Below are positions 38,416 to 48,500 of a stretch of DNA of 56,464 bases, piece after piece. Made by a program: the position numbers and the translations under genes. The stretch is taken from positions 1 through 56,464 of the forward strand of contig JAGOEH010000001.1 of NCBI GenBank assembly GCA_017997825.1, written 5' to 3'. Each line of letters opens with the position of its first letter. Position 1 is the stretch's first letter. The stretch is from Candidatus Delongbacteria bacterium. Its GTDB lineage: Bacteria > JAGOEH01. Below the pieces are notes generated by a model. The model was not told the DNA's origin. It did not search any database and saw nothing but the letters and a program-made list of their open reading frames with translations.

Positions 38416-41193
38416 ACGCTCCATCGCATCCCGACTGCCTGCGGTTTTCAAAGGGACCGGGAGTGAGTTTTCGATAAAGCGTCCGTAAGCCGCCGAACGC
38501 ACCCGTTTGTCCAAAATCAGAATGATACCGGTATCATCCCGGTGCCGGATCAATCGTCCCAGTCCCTGTTTCAGCCGGATGATGGCCTCAGGTAGGGTGT
38601 AATGATAAAAGGGATTCTTGTTCTGCTGCTGCAGATACTCCAGCCTGGCCTCAATAATCGGTTCATCCGGCACCTGAAATGGAAGTTTGGTAATCACCAC
38701 CACTTCCAAGGCCTTCCCCGGCACGTCTACCCCTTCCCAGAAACTCTCCGTTCCCAATAATACCGATGATTCATTTTCCTTGAATTCACGGAGCAAATGC
38801 TGGGTCGAGCTTTTGCGGTTCTGCATCATCAGCTTGATCCCGTGCTGCTCGAAATGCGGTTTCATCCGCTGATGAAAATCCTGCATCATACTATAGGATG
38901 TGAACAGAATCAGACACCCCCGTTTGTGGATCGGAATCAGATAATTCAGCAATTCGGCTGATTGTTGAGTAAAACTCTGAGTTTGGGCCGGATCGGGCAG
39001 AAAGGTGGGAAGACAGATCATGACCTGTTGATCCAACTGAAAAACCGGTTCCAACACCAGTTCGTTGATCCTTTCCGCTTCGATATCCTCCAATCCCAAC
39101 CGGCGTTTACAATAGATAAAATTCTGATTGATCGTCAGGGTGGCGGATACCAGAACGATGCTTTTAACTGCCCCGAATAACTGCTCCTGAAGAATTCGGT
39201 CAATTTGGACCGGCCAGGAATGCAGTTCCGGATACTTTTCCTTTTCCTCAATTTCTACCCAATGAACCCGATTCTCCACACGGCAATGCAGGAAATCATC
39301 CAGAAACTGCCGGATTTCGCCCAACTGAACCGACAAGGCATCCAATCCGGCACAGTATTCTTCCAAGCCATATTCCTCTGCTTTTTCTTCCACTATGGTA
39401 TGGATGGCTTTTATCCCATCCAGTAAGGCGGTGATCAATTTCTCGATCCTGGTAAATCGGGTCATTTCGGCTGAATGATCATCAAACGGCTGCCGAATCC
39501 TGGAATGAATACTATAACCACTGCCCTTGGGCGGTTGGATCGATGTCCGCACCTGATCAAACAGATTCCGGCATTCCGAATCGAGCCGGGAAGCGAGCAG
39601 GATCATTTCATTAACGCTGTTTTCGAGTTGAGCCGTAACCTCGAATCCGTAAAAATTCTGGGTTTGAACGGTATGAAGCAGTCGCTTGAGCAAGACATAC
39701 TGATCGTGAGGATTCAGGCAATAGAAATCCAGCAATCCCCCAATCCGATGATAGCTCATATCCTGTCCCAGGAAGGATACGGCCGTTTTTTCCAGTTGAT
39801 GGGCTTCATCGATTATCAGGTGCTGAAAATCATGGATGAAACTGTTTTCAATAGTCAGTTCCGCCATCAGTAAGGAATGATTGGTAATGACGATCTGGGC
39901 CTGCATCGCCTGTTGCCGGGCCCGATAGTAATAGCATTCCCGTTTATGAGGGCAGCTTCGGGGAAAACAACTGATGGTGTCGGAGGAAAAATATCGGGCG
40001 ATGCTTCGGGTCGGATCCGATTTACCGATCTCCCCCAAATCACCGGTTTGGGTATAGGCTTGATATATAACAACCGGCAGAATTTGTTCCCGCAGGGCCG
40101 GCGGTAAATGAGGGAGCTGGAATTCCAAAAACTGGGTGTACTTTTTTCGGCAGAAATAGTTGTTTCGGCCCTTCAGAATCGCTGACGAAAATGACTCGTT
40201 GACCATATGATGGATAAACGGAATATCTTTAAAAAACAGTTGATCCTGCAGGTTTTTAGTTTTGGTGGAAATCAGCACCGGCTGGCGGCTGCGGGTCGAA
40301 AACAGAATGGCGGGGATAAGATAGGCAAAAGATTTACCGGTACCGGTGGCGGCTTCGGTGATCCCGATGGTTTCCTCCTCAAAGGATTTTAGAATGAATT
40401 CCGCCATGGTTTCCTGGATATGGCGGTACTCATAGTGATCCAATTGCCGGCTGATCAATCCCCCGGGTTTGAAAAAATCTTCCAGGCGTTCCGGATAATC
40501 GAAATCGGAACCCTCGGCTTGGATAGCGTTGGATTCGGGCTGAGGCAGATCAGGTAGGGATACCTGATATTCCGGAGCAGGATGGGTACCGCCCTTGGTA
40601 GTGAGTAATTCCCGGAAATAGTCGGTATAGACTGAATCGGTATTGATGAAGAAATTGGCCAGGGTGTTCATGATCTCCAAGGATTGATGGATCCAGAATT
40701 GATTGAACTTTAAAAAAAGCAATCCGGTCATACGGGCATCCGATTCGGCGCGGTGAACCTTATCAATTGTGACTTCCCAGGTTTCAGCACTGTCTTTAAG
40801 TTTATAGGAGGTCAAGAAAGGCCAGGCTGAGCGGGCCAAGACCAGAACATCCAGAATGGGATTGGAAAAGGCAACCCCGGCTGCCGCCATTTCTCTCCGA
40901 ATAAATGCGGCATCGAAGGGAGCATTATAGAATACCAGGGGTAGGTCACGGCAAAAGGTATGGAATTCTGAGATAACGGAGGCGATGGATGGAGCGGTCT
41001 TCAAATCCTGATTCAGGATCCCGGTGAGCTGAGAGATAAAGGGCGAGATGGGATGGCCGGGATTGATCAGACGGCTGAAAGAGGCGCTTTCCCTTCCGTC
41101 GGTGAATTCTACCGCCGCTATCTCGATGATGTGATCCCGGTTTGGATCTAAACCGGTGGTTTCGATATCAACCGCAATAAAATGATGGATCAT
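38389..41193 (-). CDS. dinG: DnaQ-like 3'-5' exonuclease fused to a DinG/XPD-family helicase with an Fe-S cysteine motif
   Basis: N-terminal AVDIETTGLDP exonuclease domain, Walker A EAATGTGKSFAYL and DEAH box IIDEAHQLE. A C-x60-C-x4-C-x5-C pattern (FCRKK ... SCFPRSCPHKRECYYY) lies between helicase motifs Ia and II. Confidence 0.85.
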   Translation of the reverse strand: MIHHFIAVDIETTGLDPNRDHIIEIAAVEFTDGRESASFSRLINPGHPISPFISQLTGILNQDLKTAPSIASVISEFHTFCRDLPLVFYNAPFDAAFIRREMAAAGVAFSNPILDVLVLARSAWPFLTSYKLKDSAETWEVTIDKVHRAESDARMTGLLFLKFNQFWIHQSLEIMNTLANFFINTDSVYTDYFRELLTTKGGTHPAPEYQVSLPDLPQPESNAIQAEGSDFDYPERLEDFFKPGGLISRQLDHYEYRHIQETMAEFILKSFEEETIGITEAATGTGKSFAYLIPAILFSTRSRQPVLISTKTKNLQDQLFFKDIPFIHHMVNESFSSAILKGRNNYFCRKKYTQFLEFQLPHLPPALREQILPVVIYQAYTQTGDLGEIGKSDPTRSIARYFSSDTISCFPRSCPHKRECYYYRARQQAMQAQIVITNHSLLMAELTIENSFIHDFQHLIIDEAHQLEKTAVSFLGQDMSYHRIGGLLDFYCLNPHDQYVLLKRLLHTVQTQNFYGFEVTAQLENSVNEMILLASRLDSECRNLFDQVRTSIQPPKGSGYSIHSRIRQPFDDHSAEMTRFTRIEKLITALLDGIKAIHTIVEEKAEEYGLEEYCAGLDALSVQLGEIRQFLDDFLHCRVENRVHWVEIEEKEKYPELHSWPVQIDRILQEQLFGAVKSIVLVSATLTINQNFIYCKRRLGLEDIEAERINELVLEPVFQLDQQVMICLPTFLPDPAQTQSFTQQSAELLNYLIPIHKRGCLILFTSYSMMQDFHQRMKPHFEQHGIKLMMQNRKSSTQHLLREFKENESSVLLGTESFWEGVDVPGKALEVVVITKLPFQVPDEPIIEARLEYLQQQNKNPFYHYTLPEAIIRLKQGLGRLIRHRDDTGIILILDKRVRSAAYGRFIENSLPVPLKTAGSRDAMERLFRGWFDH

Positions 41194-41306
41194 GGAATGA
41201 TTACCGGGTGTTCCTTAGAAAAAGTTGAATATATCACTATTGGTATGGATAACGTTTAAATAGATGATTTAGGCAGGCACCGATGAAGCGGAAAACAGTA
41301 TGGTAG

Positions 41307-41325
41307 GTGCGTCCTCCGGGCGCAC
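41307..41325. repeat. GC-rich palindromic (REP-like) hairpin, copy 2
   Basis: The minus strand reads GTGCGCCCGGAGGACGCAC and lies directly after the fba terminator T-run. It shares GTGCGCCCGG...CGCACCT with copy 1 (7347-7366). Confidence 0.4.
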
Positions 41326-41327
41326 AC

Positions 41328-41361
41328 AAAAAAGGAAGCCGGCGGAAGATCCACCGGCTTC
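41328..41361 (-). terminator. rho-independent terminator of fba
   Basis: Stem GAAGCCGG / CCGGCTTC, followed on the minus strand by T6. Confidence 0.75.
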
Positions 41362-41373
41362 ATCGAAGATCAA

Positions 41374-42354
41374 TCAGGCGCGGTCAGCGGAACCGAGAAC
41401 ATTTCGATTCTTGGCCACGATCATCTTTTTGAGTTCTTCCCGGGCCGGGCCTAAATATTTCCGAGGATCGAATTCCTGGGGTGTGTTAGCAAACACTTTG
41501 CGAATGATGGCCGTCAGAACCAATCGTCCGTCACTGTCGATATTGATTTTGCATACAGCGGATCGGGCGGCTTTTCGTAGCTGCTCCTCGGGAATACCGA
41601 CCGCATTGTCCATTTTCCCGCCATATTGATTGATGATGGCCACATATTCCTGTAATACCGAGGATGAACCGTGCAGAACAATCGGAAATCCGGGAATCCG
41701 CTGTTCAATCTCTTTCAGGATATCAAACCGGAGTTCCGGCGGCTGCTCGCCCGGTTTCAGTTTGAATTTGTAAGCCCCATGAGAGGTTCCAATCGAGATC
41801 GCCAGACTGTCCACCCCGGTCTTTTTTACAAAGTCTTCTACCTCTTCGGGACGGGTATAGTTGGAATGCTCGGCCGATACTTCATCCTCGATACCGGCCA
41901 GCACACCCAGTTCTCCCTCGACGGTAACATCGAATTGATGGGCATACTCCACCACCTGGCGGGTAACCTTTACATTTTCCTCATAGCTGAGATGAGACCC
42001 GTCAATCATGACCGAAGAAAATCCGTTGTCGATACAGGATTTGCAGGTTTCAAACGAATCGCCGTGATCCAGGTGCAGCACGATCGGGATATTGGAACCG
42101 GCTTGTCGGGCCATCTCGACCGCCCCCATCGCCATATAGCGGAGCAGGGTTTCATTGGCGTAGCTGCGGGCGCCTTTGGATACCTGCAGAATCACCGGGG
42201 ATTTGGATTCGATGCATCCGAATATGATGGCCTGCAACTGTTCCATGTTGTTGAAGTTGTACGCCGGAATGGCATAGCCTTCCGCCATGGCCTTCTTGAA
42301 CAGCTCCCGGCTGTTGACCAGGCCCAATTCACGATAATTGACATGATTCGACAT
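41374..42354 (-). CDS. fba: class II fructose-1,6-bisphosphate aldolase
   Basis: LHLDHGDSFE and SVMIDGSHL metal and active-site motifs. 326 aa. Confidence 0.93.
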   Translation of the reverse strand: MSNHVNYRELGLVNSRELFKKAMAEGYAIPAYNFNNMEQLQAIIFGCIESKSPVILQVSKGARSYANETLLRYMAMGAVEMARQAGSNIPIVLHLDHGDSFETCKSCIDNGFSSVMIDGSHLSYEENVKVTRQVVEYAHQFDVTVEGELGVLAGIEDEVSAEHSNYTRPEEVEDFVKKTGVDSLAISIGTSHGAYKFKLKPGEQPPELRFDILKEIEQRIPGFPIVLHGSSSVLQEYVAIINQYGGKMDNAVGIPEEQLRKAARSAVCKINIDSDGRLVLTAIIRKVFANTPQEFDPRKYLGPAREELKKMIVAKNRNVLGSADRA

Positions 42355-43874
42355 TAAATCCTCCTTGGATTATTGATAAGACCTCGGTAATTGAAACACT
42401 TGAAAATGTAAAAAACGCGGAAAATCCGCCCATGATGCTTGATTTCCAATGTTTTATAGGGCTCAACCCGCTCAAATACCAGATTCAGGGATTCCATATG
42501 ACGCATTTTTTCAAAGTCCGAATAGACAAAAATGGCATTCTGACCGATTCGCTGCTGGGGATCGCCCCGGAAATCAAACTGAAGGGCTGACTCACCATAT
42601 ACATTCTGGGCATAAATCCGATCCTGATAGGGGGTGTAAAAGGCCATCTCGGCGGCGACTTTGTATTCATTGCCGAAAATGAACACCGGTCCCTGCCGGT
42701 TCATCTGCGAGTGCAACTGCACAATCTCATGCGATAGTTCCCGCCATCCGTTCCAGGTATCCCCCTTTTTGATCGGAACTAAGGGAAACAGAATAATGGC
42801 AATATTCAAGCCGATCATGATCATACTGAATACCGCCCCAAACTTGACCCTGGAAGAAATCCCCGGTATCTCGCCGTCCTGATCGAAGCGGTGAAAGTAA
42901 AGGTAAACGATGGCGATCAATAATGTCAAATAGGCCGGCTCCAGCCAGTTCATCTTGACCAGGGTGGTGAAACTGACCATGAAGAAAAAGATGATCATCG
43001 GGACGGAATAAGCGGATAAGAATAGCAGACGTTCTTTTTTGAAATGGAACAAATTCTTGCATAAGGCTGCAATGGCTGCGATTCCAAGGATGAAAAACAG
43101 CGGGGTCAATTCATACAACTGACTGGCGATCAGTTGAAAGAAATAATTCAGGGTGAAAGAGGTGGCCTTGACGGCTCGATTACTGCTCTGAAAAAGAAAT
43201 GACGCCCAATTATGGGTTGCGTTCCAGTAAATTACCGGACTGAAAACCAGCAACGCCATGATCATGGCCAGATAGGGCTGAGGTTTCCAGATGAAATGGC
43301 GGTTATAATTTGAAACCAGCAGGTAAAGCAGGGTGGATATCAGCAGGAATCCGGCCGTGTATTTGCTGCCCAAGGCCAATCCGGCGAAGATTCCGGCCAG
43401 CAGCCACCAATACCAGCGGTTCTGCATCAGAAATACCTTGCTCAGCATCCAGACGGTCAGCAGCCAGAAAAAAAGCAGCGGCGTATCCGGTGTAGCAATG
43501 AAAGAACTGATGTTGAAAAAAATCGTCAGGTTCAACGCCGCCACACAGTAAAAACCCAGCTTATAGCTGGTAAACATCTGACTGGTCATCCGGTACATGA
43601 CCCACATGATACCGATCGAATATAGAATCATCGGCAAACGCACAAACAACTCATGATTACCCAATAGGTAGGTGAAAAGCCCGATCGAATAGGAACAGAT
43701 GGGAGGGTGATCAAAATAGCCCAGGGCCGGCTGTTGGATATACAGCCAATAGTAGGCCTCCTGGGGAACCAGCGGAATGAGGGCGGCGATGACAATCCGA
43801 AAAAGGGTAACTCCCGCAATCAATATCCACAACCAACGCGTATAATGGTGCTGATGGCTTACCTGATGATTCAT
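42354..43874 (-). CDS. GT39/ArnT-like (PMT_2) membrane glycosyltransferase
   Basis: About 12 TM segments. The first periplasmic loop, QEAYYWLYIQQPALGYFDHPPI, matches the DEAYYW...HPP signature of COG1807 glycosyltransferases. The stop overlaps the fba ATG (TAATG). Confidence 0.75.
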   Translation of the reverse strand: MNHQVSHQHHYTRWLWILIAGVTLFRIVIAALIPLVPQEAYYWLYIQQPALGYFDHPPICSYSIGLFTYLLGNHELFVRLPMILYSIGIMWVMYRMTSQMFTSYKLGFYCVAALNLTIFFNISSFIATPDTPLLFFWLLTVWMLSKVFLMQNRWYWWLLAGIFAGLALGSKYTAGFLLISTLLYLLVSNYNRHFIWKPQPYLAMIMALLVFSPVIYWNATHNWASFLFQSSNRAVKATSFTLNYFFQLIASQLYELTPLFFILGIAAIAALCKNLFHFKKERLLFLSAYSVPMIIFFFMVSFTTLVKMNWLEPAYLTLLIAIVYLYFHRFDQDGEIPGISSRVKFGAVFSMIMIGLNIAIILFPLVPIKKGDTWNGWRELSHEIVQLHSQMNRQGPVFIFGNEYKVAAEMAFYTPYQDRIYAQNVYGESALQFDFRGDPQQRIGQNAIFVYSDFEKMRHMESLNLVFERVEPYKTLEIKHHGRIFRVFYIFKCFNYRGLINNPRRI

Positions 43875-44000
43875 TATTTCTACCCCCGAACTGGTAAATG
43901 GTTACCGAATCACTATCATCATCGTCTTCTATATCAATACGAATTTTCTTCACTTTTATCAAGTTATTTTTAGACCCTAAAGATTTATATCAAAATATTC

Positions 44001-44029
44001 TTGACAAATCATGAAAAATATTGTATTAT
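44001..44029 (+). promoter_or_regulatory. sigma70 promoter of tRNA-Val
   Basis: TTGACA, 17-nt spacer, TATTAT, ending 16 nt before the tRNA 5' end. Confidence 0.6.
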
Positions 44030-44045
44030 TACGGTCACAATTCAA

Positions 44046-44119
44046 TGGGCGATTAGCTCAGGTGGCTAGAGTACTTGCTTGACATGCAAGGGGTCACTGG
44101 TTCAAGTCCAGTATCGCCC
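44046..44119 (+). tRNA. tRNA-Val (anticodon GAC)
   Basis: The hand fold gives acceptor GGGCGAT/ATCGCCC, anticodon stem CTTGC/GCAAG with loop TTGACAT, and T-arm ACTGG-TTCAAGT-CCAGT. It is 74 nt long and CCA is not encoded. Confidence 0.9.
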
Positions 44120-44126
44120 ACTATAC

Positions 44127-44161
44127 TAAACCCGGAAGTCATTATATCTCCCGGGTTTTTT
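44127..44161. terminator. bidirectional rho-independent terminator (tRNA-Val and the convergent DUF1343 gene)
   Basis: Stem AAACCCGG / CCGGGTTT, flanked by a T-run on plus (44155-44161) and an A-rich run on the other side. Confidence 0.75.
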
Positions 44162-44164
44162 TAT

Positions 44165-45370
44165 TTACCCTTTTTCATCTCCCGATTTTGGATTGTCCAA
44201 CGATGGGTATATAAGGCTATCCTTGCGTAGCTGGTGAAATACCTGTTCTTCCCCGTATAAAAAGTCATCGATTTGGCTGAAATCCGCCTGACGGTACACC
44301 ATTTCGATCAGGCGGTGATGCCCCAGCAGCAGTTCTATGGCCGGGATCTCCCGGATGAATTCATAGGGTTGACTCCTGAAAAAATCATGATCGCCTACCA
44401 TCCGGCGGAACACTTGAATGATTTGCATATAGGCCCGGAACGGGCGGACCGGGCGGCGGTCGGCCAGGTGAATATATACCCCGCCGCATCGCTGCCCGGC
44501 CTCTTTTTGAAACATCGGCCGGAATTCCAGCGGCATAAATGTCAGTCCCGGAATCTCCAGCCGGTCCAACTCATCTTTCAGCCGAAAGGGATCGATACCC
44601 GCTTTCCCGATCGCCAGAAACGGAAAGGTCGTCCCGCGCCCTTCCGACAGATTGGTACCTTCCAGCAGGCATCCCCCGGGATAAAGGATCGCCGTATCCA
44701 CCGTCGGCATGTTGGGTGAGGTCGGTATCCACGGATAATCATAGTCATCATAAAAACTGTCCCGGCACCATCCGGTGATCGGGATGATCTCCATCGGAAA
44801 GCTCATACCCTTCATCTGATAATAATATCGGGCCAGTTCACCCGAGGTCAGCCCATGGCGGTGAATCAGCGGAAACCGCCCCACAAAGCTGGCATAGCGT
44901 TCCTCCAGAATCGCCCCCTCGATATCGATTCCGTTAATGGGATTGATCCGGTCCAGGATGAACAACGGTTTGGGATGCTGTTCCAGATAATCCATAAAGA
45001 TGCTCAGGCTTTGCAGATAGGTGTAATAGCGGCTCCCGATGTCCTGAACATCGTAAATGATCGCGTCGAATCGGTTGAAATACTCCGGATCCGGCTCCAG
45101 GGAGGATACCTCATTACCGTATAGAGAAATGACCGGAACATCGAGGATCCGGTTTTCCTGGCCTACCGATTCCATATCCTGGGCAACCGGGAAATAGCCG
45201 TGCTCCAAAGAATAAACCAGGCTGACGGCAATCCGGTTCTGTAGGAGAATCTGTAACGTGGAAATCCCCTCCCGGTTGACCGCGGTATGATTGGTGATCA
45301 ACGCGATTTTCAGGCCGGATAAAAGCGAGTAATCCAGATTGTCGATACCTTGGCGTAACGGCTGTTTCAT
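44165..45370 (-). CDS. DUF1343 family protein (NamZ/YbbC-like exo-beta-N-acetylmuramidase family)
   Basis: IALITNHTAVNREG near the N-terminus and overall DUF1343 length. ATG 45370 has GGAGG 5 nt upstream. The ORF-track start at 45394 has no RBS. Confidence 0.75.
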   Translation of the reverse strand: MKQPLRQGIDNLDYSLLSGLKIALITNHTAVNREGISTLQILLQNRIAVSLVYSLEHGYFPVAQDMESVGQENRILDVPVISLYGNEVSSLEPDPEYFNRFDAIIYDVQDIGSRYYTYLQSLSIFMDYLEQHPKPLFILDRINPINGIDIEGAILEERYASFVGRFPLIHRHGLTSGELARYYYQMKGMSFPMEIIPITGWCRDSFYDDYDYPWIPTSPNMPTVDTAILYPGGCLLEGTNLSEGRGTTFPFLAIGKAGIDPFRLKDELDRLEIPGLTFMPLEFRPMFQKEAGQRCGGVYIHLADRRPVRPFRAYMQIIQVFRRMVGDHDFFRSQPYEFIREIPAIELLLGHHRLIEMVYRQADFSQIDDFLYGEEQVFHQLRKDSLIYPSLDNPKSGDEKG

Positions 45371-45424
45371 GTAGTCCTCCGGGAAATGGTCCATAATCCA
45401 TGGTTTTTTATTCCAACCATTTCC

Positions 45425-45453
45425 AGTATAATTCAGCTCGGGAATAAAGTCAA
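45425..45453 (-). promoter_or_regulatory. candidate promoter of the DUF1343 gene
   Basis: The minus strand reads TTGACT, 17-nt spacer, TATACT. Confidence 0.5.
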
Positions 45454-45509
45454 TGGGGAATTGAGTAAAATCTATATCAGCCGATCAGACAAGTTTATGC
45501 GGCTGATCG

Positions 45510-48500
45510 TTACGACACGGAGTGTACCGCCCGGGATGCCCGGCGTTTTTCCAGCCACAGCACACAGGCCGGCAGAACAATCAGCCCCAGGGCGACCGAG
45601 GTGGTCAGACCGCCGATGGTAGTCAGGCTGAGAGTGTACCAGAGGTCATCCCGGCTTTTATCCCCGGTGATGATCATCGGCATCAGTCCGGCAATAGTGG
45701 TCAGGGTAGTCATGATGATCGGCCTTAACCGGTCGCTTCCGGCCCGGATCAGCAGATCCTCGAGGCAGTCGAAACCGCCCCGCCGTCTCAGCAGGCGGAT
45801 GTGATCCAGAAAAATGATGGCATTGTTGACCACAATCCCCAGCAGCAGTATCACCCCGATATAGGCTGACTGGTTGAAGGTGGTGTCGGTCAGGTAGAAG
45901 GTCATCATCACCCCGATCAGGGAGAGCGGGATGATCAGGAAGACCATCAGGGGATAGCTGAAGGATTCGTAGAGTCCGGCCAACACCATATACATCAGCA
46001 AAAGGGCCAAACCGGCCACCCACCAGGTGGAGGATTTTTTCTCATCGTCAAAGAAACTCCATCCCAATGTTTCGAGGGAGTATCCCGGGGGCAGATCGAC
46101 GGTCGGCACAAAGCGTTTGATGAAGCGCTGGGTGTAGTCGCCGGGAGCCAGGTAATCGAAGACCACGACCTTGAAATAGCGCTGGTCCTCGCGTTCGATC
46201 ATCGGCTGGACATCCAGCAGCCGGATATCGGCCAGTTCGCCCAGGCGGCTTTCACGCCGGTAAAGATTGCGGATCACCAAGGGATCGAGCTGATAAAACT
46301 GGAAATCCGCGTAATCATGGGACTGGATCACGAAGGGGACCTCTTCGGAACCCAATCGGATCCGCTGGCGATAATTGGAGCCGGTCAGATAGGGCCTGAG
46401 TCCCCGGATGACATCGGACGCCGTGAACTGCCGCTGCATCATCCCGGCCCGGTTGAGCCTAAGCGAGGTCTCCTGGCTGGTACTCCAGCCGTATCCCCGC
46501 CGGGTTTGATCGGTTCGGATATTCTGGACCCGGGGGTAGACCTCCAAGGCGCGTTTGATGTTGTCGGCCAGTTCTTCCAGCCGACGATAATTATAGCCCG
46601 ACAGCAGCAGGCGGTTGTTGATGGAAACGCCGCCCCCGCCGGAACTGAATCCATCACCGTAACCGTTCACCCGGATCACGGCATTCCCGATCCGGGTCGC
46701 CTGGATGATCAGCTTCTCCTTGATGATATAGGGAATGGCGGTCAATTGGTTCTCCGGGGTAAACCTGACCTCCATCCTGGCATAGGTGGCATTCAGCCTG
46801 GCCCGGTACTCCTTGATCCCCTCCTCGGCGGCCAGGGTGCTCTCGATCCGACGTACTACCTTGTCCATCTCCTCGATATCCGAGCCGGGGGGTAATATCA
46901 CCATCACCTCAATATAGGTCTCTTCACCCCATTTCCATATCTCACCCCGGCTGACATAGCGGTAGAACAGGTAACTGCTGCCGCCCAGACCGAAATTCAG
47001 AGCGGGGCGGATCGCCTTGATCCATGAAAACTCCATCACCCGGTTATAGGTGAGGATCAGGCTCGATTTCAGCGGTGACCGCTTCAAATCCGTCGGACTG
47101 GAAATGCCGGCCGGCAGCAGCCAGACCGGCAGACCGAACATCCAGACGGCCAGCAGAATGGTCAGCCGGGGTCGTCGTAGGACATGTGTCATGATCCGGG
47201 TATACAGCCACTGTAATCCCCGCGAAACCCGATTGGCCCTCGGGGTGTCGTGATCGGGGGGAATCGGTTCACCCGAATCCAAAGCTGCCGCCACGAGTTC
47301 GGTTCGATTGCCGGCCTGAATTCCACCCTGAGTTGTGGCCCGATCGGATGGCAACTCATCTTCCGGCCTCCCGTTTTCCTGATCCCGCTCGTCCGAAATA
47401 GTACTATTCCGGTTTGGTATCGAGTCAGATTTCGTCTGCTTTTTCAGGCTCTGGTAGACGGCAGTCGGAATAAAGAGGAAGGATATCAGTAATGAGAAGA
47501 TCAACGACAGCGAAACGGTAACCGCAAAGGGCAGATAATAGATCTTCAGTTCTTCCATCAGGTACAGGAATGGAAAGAGCACCGCCAGGGTAGTCATAGT
47601 GGAGGCGATAACCGGCATGGCGATCTCCCCGACTCCGGTTGAACAGGCTTCTTCGGGGGATAGCCCTTGTTGCCGGTATCGATGGATATTCTCGGCCACC
47701 ACGATTGAATTGTCGACCAGGATGCCGAATCCCAGTGCCAGTCCGCCCAGGGTGATCAGGTTAAGGCTGTAATTGAAGATGAACATCAGCAGCAGGGTGG
47801 CCAGAGCGCTGATGATGATCGAGAACTGGACCTGGAAAGCGGTCGACAGATGGGACAGGAACATCAGCAGGACCAGAAATATGATCAGGAAACTGAAGAC
47901 GGATCGATAGGCGAAGGTCCGGATATTCTCGCGGATCACCCGGCTCTGGTCGTCTTCCAGCCGCAATTCCATGCCTTCCGGCAATCCGGATTGCAGGGCG
48001 GCCACTACCTCCATCACCTGGTCGACCACCTTGATGGTGTTGTAGTTGGGTTCCCGTTCCAAAATCAGCAGCAGCGAGTTACGACCGTTGATGCGGATGA
48101 ACGAGCCGGCCGGCGACAGGGTATCGGTGACGGTCGCCACATCCTCCAGTTTGAGCATCCGCCCGCCGGCCATGCCCAGCGGCAGTTGCCGGATATCCCA
48201 TAATGATCGGGCCGATTCGCTGATCAGTACCGTCCGTCTCTGCCCCTGGCTGATCAGCCGGCCGCAGTGGATCTCCGCCACCCGGTCCTGGATCAGGCTG
48301 TAAATATGATTTTCATTCAGCTGAAAGCGTTTCATGCTCTGCTGATCGAGCGCGATCAGGATCTGGTGTTCCCGTCCGCCGACCACCTCGACATTGGATA
48401 CCCCCGGGATCCCTTCCAGCATCGGAATCAGCCGCTTTTCGGCATATTCCTTCAACTGGGCGTCATTCCAGCTTCCCAGGATATTGTAACTCATGAACTG

